Below are positions 47,962 to 62,560 of a stretch of 64,000 nt of DNA, piece by piece. This DNA is from Lytechinus pictus. Taxonomy: Eukaryota. Each line of letters opens with the position of its first letter. Position 1 is the stretch's first letter. Under the pieces are notes generated by a model. It ran no database searches. It saw only the letters and a program-made list of their open reading frames with translations, and was not told the DNA's origin. The stretch is taken from positions 23,934,001 through 23,998,000 of the forward strand of contig NC_087250.1 in NCBI RefSeq assembly GCF_037042905.1, given 5' to 3'. The position numbers and the translations under genes were made by a program.

Positions 47962-50377
47962 TAGGTCCCCTGTAATACATGCATAGTGTTCATATTGATT
48001 ATCCATTGTGTGGAGAGAGTAGGGAATGACATTAGTGGTGACATACAGATTAGGTTAATGACTTATTATTCAACATTAGAGCAGAGGGGGTAGTATTCTT
48101 GGTACACATACAATGACAGGAAGGGGGATTGAATTCAAGAGAGGTAGTGGGTCGATGATTTATTGAGAATCAGTTGTGGATCCAGGATTTTGAAATATAG
48201 GGGGGCACAGAAGACAATATTATTAGATTTAGCCATATCTATATGAATTATCAATGGACAATTCTTAAATTTTAGAAGGGGTGTGTACCCCTTGCCCCTC
48301 CCCCATGGATCCACAAGTGAGAATGGATACATTTAAAAACAACTATGGAGAAATAGGGGTATCAAGGACTCTGCTCATTCTCACACCCACATACTTTTGA
48401 TCACAATGTGTTCACATACATGTAGTTCTCTATGTGAAGTGAAAATATTCACACTGTTGAAATGCCCAAATTCATCAGTGTGAAGATATTTTCACACTGT
48501 GGACATCTCAACAGTGTGAGTGTTCACAGCATACTCACATGATCACTATGTGAACAATTGATTCACACTGTTGAAATGCTCAAATTTGAGAAGGTGATTT
48601 CACACTGTGCATGTTCCACACTGTGTCACACACTGAGAAACACTGAACCTTTTAGTAGGGAATTCATCTCCGGATCCCTCTTTTTACTGCTCTTGTTTTA
48701 TCACTCTCTTTTGCCAATTACTTCAAATTGTCATCTTGGGGGCAGGAGGGAGGGAGGGGGTTAAGTTGACTTTTTTGTTGTTGTTACATCTCTTCATGCC
48801 CCTGCATTTTAATCTTAAAATTATATTCCCTCCTACCTCATATTTCGTTCATCCCCTCTCTCTCCTTCAAATTATCTTCACTCTCTCTTTCTCTCCCCTT
48901 CTCCAGTGACTGTCTCCCCCTGACTTTCCCTCCTTTCTCCGTCTCTCCCTTTGTTCTCTCTCTCTCTTTCTCTCAATCCCTCTACCCTTCTTAATCTTTC
49001 TCCTTATTCTCTTCTGATTGCGTCCTTCTACTCCGATTGATTACATTCCCCAAAGAGTTAATGTTTCGTTAATAATGTGAAAGGTCATTTAGTAACTCAT
49101 TAGCTCGCGCATAATAATGACGACAGACTCCAAGCCCCGCCCCCTCACGCTAATATAAATCGATGAAGTCACCATTATACAAAATACCGCCATACTATAT
49201 CATGTAGCAAAGATATTGATTACTTCATGTTTTATTATGATGTGGTCCGATGAGTGTGAAATCGACTTATAATTCCGTTACACAAGGTCAGAGGGCGCAT
49301 TAGCCCAACACCCCTAACAAAGTTCCATGAAAAGAAATGGATTATAAGACACAATAGGCATTTGTGCTTGTCAGAAGTATTGCCGACTTGGTGTAACACA
49401 AAGGCAAAGGCGAATTTATAAGAGCCTGGAGGGCGTCACCGACTGATATGAGGTCCATTATTGTGATGAGCAAATGTTTTGAGGGTCAGACATAATTACG
49501 GCGCATTGGGCACTTTTTCTATAATGATGCGAGCAAGCGAAATAATCCATCAGTGTCATATTTTTTTCTACAGGAAATTTGCAAAATGTCCTTTGTAAAC
49601 AAAGGAGATCACACCAAATTGTCAAGAAATCAATGAATTTATGAATATTCATTCATATCTAGATTTTTTTTTGGAACAAACATGCATTTTTATGCTGGCT
49701 TTCCATTTTTACGATTGATCCGATCAATCGCAACTCTTTGTAAGACGAACCCCAGTTCTTTGACCTGAAGAAAACGGGTAACCAAGACTTATTTTTATTG
49801 TACGGTACTTCCTTTTGTTTTTACATCGAATAAAGGTGATATGCAAAAAAAAAGTCTAATGTTGAGGCCTAATCCTACTAGGGGTGTTTGGTACCATAAC
49901 CGTATTGATTATAGCTTCTTATATAATAGGAACCTTATATAACACTTATCGCTTTCTCTATGTTTTCATTTGGGTATTCCATACATGCATCGCAAAAACA
50001 TTGGCTTCATGTATTTTCAACGCCGAGACTATGCCACACTTATGTTAAATCAACATTTGAAAGTTCGGAGTAGTCACAGCACTTTCTAAATGTTGCATAT
50101 CCCACTTTAAATTGTTCGACCCAACACTTTAAAATGTTGGATTCAGCTTTATGCAAAGTTGGATATAACATTTGCAAAAGTTTGTCGCCGACCAACTTTT
50201 CAAATGGTGATTAAACATTTCACTTTTTGGTTGCTCTCTTTAAACCTTCACAGTAAAAGAAATCAATAAAAAAAAGTTAGACAAAGTAATAAGTGAATAA
50301 ATAAAGTACATGTATGTAATGAATACCGATTTGTCAGTCCCTTTAGCTAAACGACTTTGACTTAGCTGATTATTTAA

Positions 50378-50956
50378 AGGACAAGTCCACCTCAACAAAG
50401 AGTTGTTTTGAATAAAATAAAAAGAGAAATATCCAACAAGCATAATCAAAATCGGATGTAAAATAAGAAAGTTATGACATTTTAAAATTTGTTTTAATTT
50501 TACAAAACAGTTATACGCACATCCTCATCGGCATGCAATGAGGGGACTGATGACGTCATCCACTCACTAATTCTTTTGTATTTCATTATATGAAATATGA
50601 AATATTCTAATTTTCCCCTCATGTCAAGTGAAAAACAACAATTCCTCCCTGAACATGTGGAATTAGCATTGTTTAATACTATATATTTCAGTCAAGTTTG
50701 TCCTTAATTGTCAAATCTGTAAAAGCTGAAATATTGTATAATTCAAGCAATAAAAAACAAAACAAAAGAAACAGTGAGTGAAGGATATCATCGGCTATCT
50801 CATTTGCATGTCACTGAATCGTACATAATCACTGTTTTGTGAAAAATAAGGGAAACTTATTTGTCTTATTTTACATCCGATTTTGATAAAATTTTCAGCA
50901 TTATGCTAATATCTCTATTTACTGAAATCAACATTTTTCTGTGGTGGACTTTACCT
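50378..50956. mobile_element. Kolobok-like MITE
   Basis: Colinear with 5078-5668. Confidence 0.85.
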
Positions 50957-52977
50957 TTTATCTTTATCTCCCCTTGTCCCTCCTCTCTCTCTCCCCCTCT
51001 CTCTTACTCTCTCTCTCCCCCTCTCTCTCCCATCCCCTCTCATTATGATTGCTTTATCATCGATGTCAAATCCTATTCAGTCTGGTCTGGTTTTATTTCG
51101 CGTTTGGTTGATCAACTGCTAAACATGACAATTGATTTTCCTTTCACCGTGATGTAATCCTTCATTCAATCAACAATCCAAAACTGATTAGGATGTAGAA
51201 TTAAAATACCGTCCAACCCATGAATAATTGATTATATCACTTAGCTTGTCAATCAACTTTTGTTCGTGTTAATATGCCCAATATGCACATGTAAGGCCTA
51301 TTCTTCGCCTTTACTGTTTTCTCATGATGATGTATCGCATGATCATATCAAATGAGTTTATGACTTTTTTTATATTATTGTTATTATCATTGGTGTGTTT
51401 TAGTATGATTATGATGATTATTTGTATCTATTATCATTAATGCTATTACTATTATTATTACTATTACTGTCATTGTTGTTGTTATATAATACAATATAGT
51501 AGTAGTAGTACTACTAGTAGTAGGCCAAGTAGTAATAATAGAGAGAGGGAGATATATATATAATACACACACACACACCTTCACACATAAATTATGTGAT
51601 ATATATATATATAATATATAAATATATATATAATATATAATATATATATATATATATATATGTATGTTCATATATATAATTATATTTATTTTGGGGGAAT
51701 CAAACAAGAAAATGATGACGCATTTGAATATTTTACTTATCTATTATTATATATGAAGGTCTATTAATGATGTCTGCATATGTTTTTTGGAATGTCATGG
51801 TCGTATTTAATTCATATCGTTATTAAGATTATTGTTGTTACCAGCAGATTGAATATGATCATCGTCATTGTATCATCACCATTATAAACACCATCACTCT
51901 TCTATTATAGGTCTCGTTCCAAAGTTATTTCGACGTTGATTCGTTTCGACAGCCTGATTACGTCTAATTTCGAGTAATTCGCTCTTCATCTTATTTCAAT
52001 CATGTCATATTTATGAAGTTGGTGCTCTCTTGATAGTTATGATTGTGTGTCTCCCTCGCCTTTCTCTCTCAATCTCTTTCTTTTATTCGTCTTCTTTTTA
52101 TAAGGCCTCGTACATTGATAGGAGTCTCCGTTCCACGGCGCAAGACGGATAGAAAATATATTGTCAAATGCCCTTCATGACTTTTCTTTTGTAGTAGTCT
52201 GTATTATTCATTCAAATAACATTCATATACATACATGATCAAGAAAATATTGAACAAAATGATAATTGCAGCAGTAAAAATAAAATCAAATTACGCTTTA
52301 ATAAACATAGCAGACAAATTGTATCGAAACAGTGACATAATCCGAAATCATGCAAAAAATCATGCAAGCATAACAAGTCATATATGCAGCTAAAGAAAAA
52401 AAAAACATATCGAAACAGTGAGTATAAACAGCTAATGACTAGAACAACCAAGAAGTGAAATCGAATATCGGTAAAAATCCAAATAGTAGTTTCGTCCTGG
52501 ACTCTGGACTGTAAACGAGTCAAAACGAAATACATGTATTATTAACTTTTGGTTAGCTCCGAAACGTAGGACGAAACTGCTGTTCGGGTTCACCAATTTC
52601 CGACAAAGATCTCCCAGCTGTGCTTTGTCATTTAATACGGGCATTTATCAACATATTTATCGTGTTCTTGAATCCGTCGTGTGTGGCGGAGCGAAAATTT
52701 CACCTTCAGTCAAAGGGCCATGAACTTGGTAATTTAAATGCCGCCCTCTTGTGTCGACGTACACTAATACAGTGGCTTAGTGGTCTCTCGGGCTCCTACC
52801 AACATGTCCGAGGTTCGAAACCCATTTAATTAATTTCTTTATCACGGCTTTCCGGACATGACGATGAAGGTCGGTCCCAGTTTAATACTCGACTAATCAT
52901 GATCATATCTGTAAAACGCCAAATATACAAACGATAATGGTCAATTTTGATTAGTGGCATGAAAGCATATTCTATAT

Positions 52978-53140
52978 CAGGGGACCGTTTCATCAACATT
53001 TTTGTCCGACAAGTTGTCAGATCTGACATCTTTCCTTGATTCTGATTGGCTGAGAGGCACTGTTACTATAGTAACTGTCGGATAAAATGGGACTTGTCAG
53101 ATAAAACGTCCGTCAAGTCCTTTCATGAAACGCTCCCCTG
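52978..53140. mobile_element. MITE (relatives at 47229-47372 and 1355-1445)
   Basis: CAGGGGACCGTTTCAT / ATGAAACGCTCCCCTG. Confidence 0.75.
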
Positions 53141-53496
53141 ATCTTTCAAATCTGAACTGGACACACTTGAATTCGGAATAATGAAGAAAAAAACAGGTAT
53201 AAGCCTTAATTATAAGTCTATAAAGTTGATTCCCGGTCCAATAGGACCATTTTGGCAATGTATATAAGGGTGTGTGGGTTTATGCGGGGCCGGGGGACAG
53301 GTCTCACTATTTTTTTTGTCATCTCCTTTCTACCAATTTTTTGTTATTATAATCACCATCATCATCATCATCATCATCATCATCGTCATCATCATCATTA
53401 CCAAATCATCACCAGATCATCATCATCATCATCATTACCAGATCATAATAATAATAATCATCATCATCATCATTTTCATAATCACCACCACCACCA

Positions 53497-53530
<34 letters not shown>

Positions 53531-53604
53531 TACCAGATCATAATAATAATCATCATCATCATCATCATTTTCATAATCACCACCACCACCACCACTACCA
53601 CCAC

Positions 53605-55056
53605 CAGTGGCGTACCGTGGGTCATGGCATTGGGGGGGCACTAGCAAACATTTTGAGTCACTTAGTGAGCGCGCGAAGCGCGCTCAGTTGCTAGGTATGC
53701 TGACCTAATAGAGACATTTTAAGGACATTGTCATTAAAGAGATATGTATGTCACTGGTCACATAATGCGAGCGCGAAGCGCGAGCTGAAAATTTGTGATA
53801 TTCAGACCTAAAAAGGGACATTATAAGCAAATTTTTGTAATCATGATATGTACCTGTCTCGCTAAACAAACAATGCGAGCGCGAAGCGCGAGCTGAAATT
53901 TTTATACATTGACCCCAAACTTACATTTTAGGGACTATATTTTAGGAATCTATTAAGAGTATACATATCTCACCATATAGTAATCTAATGCGAGTGCCAA
54001 GCGCTTTTATGCATCCAAACACATAAATCACTTGTAGTCATTGTAATCATGACTAACATGCGCATCTCACTAATCAAATATTGCGAGCGCGAGCTGAAAA
54101 TTTAGGAAATTCAGACCTGAAGAGGGTCATTTTAAGGCTTGTTTGTAGGAATTCACGAAGACCATACGTATTTCACTAACCAAATGAAGCGAGCGCGAAG
54201 CGCGAGCTGAAATTTTTTTATATATTGACCCCAAACATGGATATTTTAAGGTCTATTTTTAAAAAGAATCCATTAAGAGTACATATATCTCACCATAGTC
54301 TTCTAATGCGGGTGCCAAGCGCATGCTGATTTTGTTAGAATTACACCTAAAGACATACTTTTTGTAGTCATTGTAGTCATGATTATCATACGCATCTCAC
54401 TAGTCAAATATTGCGAGCGCGAAGCGCGAGCTGAAAAATTAGGAAATTCACACCTGAAGAGGGGCATTCTAAGGCTTGTTTGTATGAATTCACGTAGACC
54501 ATGCGTATTTCACTAACCAAATGAAGCGAGCACAAGCTGAAATTTTTGATATTCAGATCAGAAAAAGGGAAATTTTAAGGACTGATTTTAGGAATTCATG
54601 AAGAGCAGACATATCTCACCAATCCACTAATGCGAACATAAGCACGGACGTGAAATGTTTTATATTAAGACCTTAAAATGATATGTCACTACATAAAACA
54701 ATTATAATTCGAAGTGCGAGGAAATATATTTGGTGTATTGACTTGAAAACGGGAGGTTTTAGTACAACAGGATTACATATCTCGTTAAACAGACGATGCA
54801 AGCATCAGGGACAATGAAGACATAGGCCCTGAGCAAATTATGTTTCATAAAGTTATGATATATTTTCAATTTCTATTTAATATAACATGACATAATTATA
54901 ATATAATATAACATAATAAACAATAATTTCTTCCTTCCCACTACGTTGCTCTCAGTTTCTCACTCTTTTTATCTTTTTCCCCGTTTTTTTTTTTTTTTTT
55001 TGGCCAGCCGATTGGGGGGGCACGTGCCCCCCATGCCCCCCGTAGTTACGCCACTG
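53605..55056. mobile_element. hAT-like non-autonomous element with internal tandem duplications and GCGAGCGCGAAGCGCGAGC motifs
   Basis: TIR CAGTGGCGTA / TACGCCACTG; ACCACCAC on both sides; splits a CAT/CAC microsatellite. Confidence 0.85.
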
Positions 55057-55059
55057 ACC

Positions 55060-55147
<88 letters not shown>

Positions 55148-55305
55148 CCACCACCACCACCATCATCATCATCGTCATCATCAATTTCCAGTCCTTCCCC
55201 TTCTTCGTCATCCTTTTTCTATTTTATAGATATATTTTTTATGATCATGTTCATCATTCTCCTCACATCATCCTCGTTATTCCTAGTTATTTCCATTTCT
55301 TAAAT

Positions 55306-55361
<56 letters not shown>

Positions 55362-57271
55362 GTGTGAAGTTATTCATGTACTACAGCTCTTTTATTTAAA
55401 TATTGTGTGAAAGAAATGGATGAAGAGAACAATGGTAGGCGTAGCTTAAATCAAGGTTCCCCAGAGCTATCTACCCTTTTATATATATATATATATATAT
55501 ATACTTCCTTTTGGATTTATGTATCTATAGTTATCCATGGGTTTTTTCACGTTTAGAACATTGTTATGGTAGAATGGGGGGTCGGGTGTCCGGACAGTTT
55601 ATCTTTTTGAAGCCTTCTTTTTTTGTCTTTGGATTACACTATAAATATGAATTCAATACTGGTAATCATCTTCTATTTTGTTCTTTATGATATTTCCTAA
55701 CATTTTGTACTCAGTAAAAATTGATAAAACTTCGCTTGTAATTTTTTCCAAATGACTTTCTAAAATTGATCGTCCGGACACACAACCTGTCCTGTCACAC
55801 AACAACTGGGTATATTATTTATTATTGTTTTTGTTTAATCTGATTTTTGTTGAGCTCTATTTATTTGGCCTAATAAAATGTGCTAGGACGGCTTCCATTT
55901 GGTATATCATGACTGTGTAATGTTTCTGCATCATTTCTTCGTATTGGATAAGCAATCGGATAATTACAATACTGCTTGATTCAACATATTTAATCAAAAT
56001 TAATCCTAAATTTGAGCTAAATATGAGGTATGAGTTTATTCATTTTAGAGTTTTACTAATATTCATGTTGACTAACATATTACGCAGCTGACTCCCTAGA
56101 TCCTTTGTTTCGTTGAATCGTTTCATATTAGTAAATCGAGATTTATTTAACGAATATATCCATCTCTTTCTTCTTGGTGGGTGGGAGGGAGCTTTGTATT
56201 TTTGTTTTGTGCCTTAGGATGAGTCTCACGAAGTCTGGGTCAAGCTCTCTAGACACCCCCTTAAATTCCTATCATGTTTATGATAGCCTGTCATGTAGGG
56301 TCGAAGACTTCAAGCAAACTTCACAGACATCAGCTCGTATCGACGACAATCTGGATAGGACAGACAGGTAGATATAGAAAGATAAGGGCCTACATGTAGT
56401 TGGCTGGACTACGATGGATGATGGGGGCTCGATCGAGAGGCGGATATTTTGCGAAGAAGAAGAAATTACTTATCACCACTCAATGAAATTGATCATTTTC
56501 CACATGTCCTATCACTCAAACAATATAGCATCCACATCCACATGGTAGAGAAAGTTAGAGTCCTTCCTTTCAATTCTAGGAAACGAAATCTAGGAAAAAA
56601 ATATTATCTTCCGGGAAATTTCATTCTTGTTTTGTTTTATCTATTATGTAAATTAATCATAATTCATACGCGTGATTTTATCCGATACGCATTCAAATGA
56701 TTTGCAGCAGTTTGTGTATGTTAAGCGCATTAAAAAGCGCATGAATCCGTCACGCACAATATGCGCCAGCACGATACGCTACGCACCATGCATGTAGCAC
56801 ACACGTACACGCATACACAATTTTACACACAAAGTTGGGTTGCAAGAAATTGCATTATTGCAAATTGCATGGATGCTTGCTGCGGATCGGAGCTGATTTG
56901 AGTGGCACCGGGGATCAGGAGAACGCCTTTTTATCTGTCGTCGTATGGCAAAATGTGATATTTTCATCATATCAATTTCCTTTTCCTCACGATTGATCTG
57001 TACTAAAAGATCTGTGTGCTGTTTCTCAACTTTTACTAGTGGGTCTCCTAGGATTAAAGTGATTTATTCCACCGGTGAGTTGCCAAAACTTGACACACTG
57101 GACTGTGGACACCGTCTCGGCGCCGTTAACGATCATGTAGAAAGTTACTCGGTGGATGACTTGGTTGCGGTATTGGTAGAGAGGGTGGATAAAGATCAGT
57201 GCATGATGTGGAATCATCGGTAAATCCAAATAGACTTTTCTTGTTGACTGTGTTTGATTCTATAGTTCAAG

Positions 57272-57764
57272 ATGGCTGGGAGGACAGTAAGCCTCGAACT
57301 TGAAGAAACAGAAACTGGAGGGAGCACTGATCGAACAACGATCAGCTCCCAAACTCGTTCATGCTTTTTGAACCCCCAGAACAGTCGAATGCAGGCATGG
57401 GAAACCTTGATAATCATCTCAATTCTAACAACATTCAGTTTTGACTTGTTCCTTGCTTCATTCGACTCCAAAATAATCATATTATGGATCATTCTTTACA
57501 CTTGTGATATTCTTTACTTGATGGACATTGTTATGCGATTCTTTCTTGGATATATGAAAGATGGAATTTTGACTTCGGATAGCAATAAGATAAAGATTCA
57601 CTATCTTCGTACCACATTCCCAATTGATCTGTTCACCATTTTACCGACGGACTTGATAGCGTTGGCCTATCCTGGCCTTGGTTCAACAAACTTCTGGAAG
57701 TGGATTGCCACTTTTCGGTTGTCCAACAGAGTGTTCCGCATCATGCGAATCAACTCATATTTCG
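57272..57764 (+). CDS. Cyclic-nucleotide-binding-domain ion channel (CNG/HCN/CNGK-like), S1-S4 exon; remainder not identified in window
   Basis: Acceptor tatAG at 57265, ATG 57272, donor g|GTaag at 57765. Motifs NPQNSRMQAWE (pre-S1), DILYLMDIVMRFFLGY (S2), HYLRTTFPIDLFTILPTD (S3), FRLSNRVFRIMRI (S4). Confidence 0.85.
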
Positions 57765-60700
57765 GTAAGATAAATTTCATTAGATCTAGGCCTAATCAAG
57801 AAAAATGGGTCTGAAGATATCATACTTCATAGATCTACATGTAAGTTAGATCTAGGGTCTAGATCTAACGTTAGATCTACACCTCATCTAGATCTAACGT
57901 TAGACATCTAATCAATTCTAGCCTAACTAGACTAACTAGACTAGATCTAGATTCTAGACTAACTTTGTTATAGATCTAGTCTAGATCTAGATCTACCGTT
58001 TATTGAGATAAATCGTCTTTTATTTCAAAGCAAAAGAAGAAACAGAAAGTGGGATCAAAGTGGAAGAAAATACAATTTGGTTTTTGGAAGGGTTCTGAAA
58101 CTAGAAAGAGTGGATGAATATGAGAGTACATTTACTTTAGAAAAGCAGAGGGAAAGTGCAAACAGAAATGGATATGATGAGGGGGGTAGACTACATGAAA
58201 AGAAGGAAAGGATGATATTGTATAGATCTAGATAGATCTAGATTTATATTAATGCATATTAAAATATTTTTTATATAGATCTAGACTACTTAGTCAATGT
58301 AGATCTAGACTATACATGTAGATGTTCATCATTTGATGACCTAAAAGATACTCGATCTTTATGGTTTACCCGTCATCTACACCTGCATGTTACTAGATCT
58401 GAAACAGTCTATACATTTATCTCATGTTGTTGTACTATATTGGATGTTGCAGGAAATTAATTGATTTGTAATCAATTGCAAACATAGAACAAGCTTTAAG
58501 TTTCAGTTTAGATCTAACTATAGATCTAAATAAAACAAACCAATCTAGATCTAGGGGTACACGTACATGTAAATCTAGATCTATTCTTTTATTAACTTGC
58601 AAAAGTTAGGTCTGGACCAACAATGAATTCGAGTTTAATGATTTCAAATATCTTCAGTTCATGCACATTTTTCAACATCATTACTCTGTGAGAAATAACA
58701 CCCCAAAGCAAGTTGCACGATGCATGAACAGTATGAATGGTCCAAAGCATTTTGGAATACCAGTATACCACCCCTTTGAAAACGTTAATGTTTCGTTTAA
58801 TAAAGTAGCACAAAAACACGAAGAAATCAATAAGTCGATAACACTTGGATTACAGTACACATTGTATTCGATTATAGGCGGATAGTTCATCTTATCTCAA
58901 TGCAGCTAGCTACAAGTCGATTGTCTATTGTGCAGATTTCGTCAAGTCGCCAGTCAAGATAAGAGTCTTTACTAATGAGAAGGAGATGGGAGAAAAGACA
59001 AAGTAAGAAGTAAGAGATGGGATAAAAAGAAAAAGTTAACGGGAATGTGTGAAACAGAAGAAGAAAGAAAGGAAGGAGCAGAATAGGAAGAAGAAGAAGA
59101 AGATGAAGGGGGGGGGGGGGGGAGGGTACTGGAACCAGGAAGGTAAGGTAAGAATTAATTAATCAATTACCGTAATAAATGAATTTATTTATTATAATGT
59201 TTTATTAATTTTATACTACAGGGTGATGGACCTGTTTAGTTCTGATAAAAAGACAACAAAAACTGCTTTACACAGGCGCCCTGCAAATATACATGTATAA
59301 ACAGTATTTAACATGAAAAGAGACCATAACATCATGAACTACAAACATAAACTTTATCAAAAACTATTTACAACATGAAACAAAAAAACATCGAGGGGAT
59401 AAATCTAGAAAGTATAGGGATAAATTTCTGGTAAATGATACCGTACTAAATTAAAAAAGAAGAGGCTGACCACATAACATTAATCCAAACAACGTCAGAT
59501 TAATACTTGTTGCCTTTGTTTTAAGACGATATTTTTTTCAATCTTGAACAAAAATAAATACTCATCTTGAATGGAAAAAAAACAGGGTGCTTCTTGAGGT
59601 AACCAGTTGAGCTACATTTATAGTTTCAGTAGGTCTACATGTACATGGTTAAATAAATTTATATAGCACATGCATTACCTACATGTTTTGACGTTAATGT
59701 TGTTATTGTTAAGACCAAGGCAATGACCAAGAAGGCGGCCCTTCTTCCATCGTCTATAACATTTCATTGCACTCACTAAAGTGAGTTTTTTTTTCTAAAT
59801 TGTTACTGTATATATATTTTTTATATTTACACTTACGTACCCTTTGCCATTCCCAAAATATAAACATAATAAACGTAATTTTGAAAAAAAAAATCACAAG
59901 TAAATGAAATGTAAACTGTTGTTCAGTTTAACACGTTCATACGTGTAGTATATGTCTGGTATAAAAGTCCAGCGTATTTTGTCGCTAACGCGAAATACCA
60001 TGGTGTTACATTAAAAATGACACCGTCGGTCGTATCTAAAATCGTCAGATGTTAAAAGTAAATGGATGTAAATTTATATTGAACGCAAGCGCCAAAAAGT
60101 GTAATAAACACTGACCTTGGAACACCATATCTGGTGTCTGTTAATGCTTGTCGTGTCTGGTGATGTAAATGTAAATTTATAACTTTCAAGCCATATTTGT
60201 TTTACCATACTGTTATGTTACACGTTCTCGCTGTCTTGTTAAAAAGTAACCATATTTCTATTTCCAGGACGAGCATACATGTTGATGAGTTGGCAAGTAG
60301 GCCTATAGATCCTTGGTGTGTTTTTGATGCATGCATAGCGAGAATCCCACATGAGGTTTCTGAGAGAACTGTTCGCTAATGACAGCCTTAGATAGCTATA
60401 GCACCTGGGTACGCCATAGTGATTGATGAGACACACTCCTCTATCTCTACAGAGAGCACGGTTGGAGAGTCCATCAAAGGATCATCCCATCAAAAACTCG
60501 TCATGATAGTCCGATAAAGAGAGAGAAAGAGAGAGAGAGAGAGAGATAGAGATAGATAGATTTGGAGAGAAGAGGGACAACGTGATGGAACAATAGAGGA
60601 GACAGAAAGAGAAAGAGAGGTTGGAGGGGCTGGGGATCGAAATAATGGAAATTGGGGACAGATACATGTAGATAGGATAAATAGAGGGGGGGGGGGGGGG

Positions 60701-62356
60701 GAGAGATAGAGTTGGGAAGGGGGGGGGGGAAGGCTCCAGTATTTTACCACAACAATAAGCATGTGAGAGATGAAATCGCAGCAGACGTGATTTGAAAGCT
60801 ATTATCTCAAAAAAAAAGAAAGACAATGGAATAGACAGGACTGTACATGTACTTTAAAACTCCATCCACGCCCAAGCACTATTATGTACATGTAGCTTTT
60901 CAAAATAATACTCATAATGAGAAAGAGGGAGAGAGAAGGGGGGGGGGGGGGGGTCATACAAAATATTCACATCTGATAGAAGTAGAAAAATTAGAGATAT
61001 AGAGAGGGAGACAGGATAATAAGAGGGATGAGAATGAGAACTAAAAAAAAAGCAGAAATGCGGAAGTGGGGGAATTAGATGAAGAAACAAGGAGAAAGAG
61101 ATAGGGAGGGATAGACAAGGGGGGGGGGGCATAAAGGAGAGTGATGAGTATCTGGGATTTTCAGCGCGACGGGGAGAGCAGCATTGCATTGTAATGAATT
61201 TCGTTGTGACGTCATTGAATGGCTGAACGCAAATACCAGTCCGGCAGATTGGCGCTTTGTCCCCACAGTGAAAGTCAACTTGCATTGCTAAAATGCATCA
61301 AGTGAATTTCATCTGCAAAGTGTATGCGATTATAACCAAGGCACCAAGCCCGAAAGAGATATGTGAGCTTGTTGCGGTTTTACCATACACACACCCATAC
61401 CTGTTTTAATGTGATTGAAGCTAATAAGCGAGTTCTTTTACTGAGAGGTAATTTGTAAGCACGTGTGAGAATGGTAAAAATTTCCACCATTAGCGACACT
61501 TATTTTCTACATCAGCGATCGCGCCTTTTTCACACCGTAACTGTTTTTATTGCCATCCTGTTTTGGGAGTTTTTGTGTGCAAAGCAATGATGTGCAATAG
61601 CACTGTCAAATGCATTTCACACCTTAGTCAAGGGTAAAAGCAGGCTAGAATGAAAGAAAAAAAAAACCGCTCGTCCAGGCCAGACTTGAGAAAAGGGAAA
61701 AAAGGAAGCGAAGTGAGAAATAACAGCAACGATACAATAATAACAAAGAAGTAATGGCCCTCATACAGTATCTTGAATAAAACGAACAAGATTGGGGGGG
61801 GGGGGGCACCAGAACAGGGATCATACAATCTGTCGATCCATACAGATGATTGATATTGAAAATAAGATAAAATGATTACCCATTTAAATGTGATTTTAAC
61901 ATAAGGGAAAACAATCAAACTCATGTCAAAATCCCGAAAACATGTGCATGTGATGTAACGAGATAAAGAATAAAGTGACCCATTTATAATCACAAGCGGA
62001 TTTTAAAAGATCATTTTGGAAATGAATATTTTATATGACTGAGTATTTAATGACGAGGCTACTGTCGGGAGGACTGTCATCGGATAATATTTCTATCGTA
62101 TTTTTTTTTATATGTACCTGCAACTTTACGGGTACAAAGACCTGTGTAGTGTACCTTATATGTACTTTATTAAAGTTCGTAAGATAGATTGTGAGAATAT
62201 AAAAAAGAAAGAAGAATGAGAGAGAGAAAGAGAGCGATTAAAAAAAATATCTTTTGTTTATTATTATTATTATTATTTTTTTAATAGAAGGCGAGTTCGT
62301 TTAAGCCCAACTAAACTATGGCAGCAGTTGAAGGTTAGTATGAAACTATAAAATCA

Positions 62357-62560
62357 CTTACACCAAGGTTGTAAGGTTGGTTCATATTTTAAAAATAGAT
62401 ATCATAATGTTTGTGTACTTTCCTTCTTAAAAATTGTATTATTTCAAATAAATTTCTTATCATAAGAAATTCATTTGAAAATGGTACAATTTTTAAGAAG
62501 GAAAGTACACAAACATGATATTAAAAAAAATATGAACCAACCTCTCAACCTTGGTGTAAG
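62357..62560. repeat. ~200-bp AT-rich imperfect palindrome
   Basis: CTTACACCAAGGTTG ... CAACCTTGGTGTAAG, centre TTTCTTAT-C-ATAAGAAA. Confidence 0.88.

Noticed and set aside
52430..52980. Possible exon or hammerhead ribozyme (GTTTCGTCC/GGACGAAAC)
   Set aside because: No CTGANGA core in position and no recognisable protein in the frames read.
56218..56367. Upstream coding exon of the channel gene (MSLTKSG...)
   Set aside because: Has AG/GT edges but ends in phase 2, while the 57266 exon needs phase 0; at most a UTR exon or uORF.
58592..58890. Next channel exon
   Set aside because: No S5/pore-like sequence or compatible splice sites recognised.
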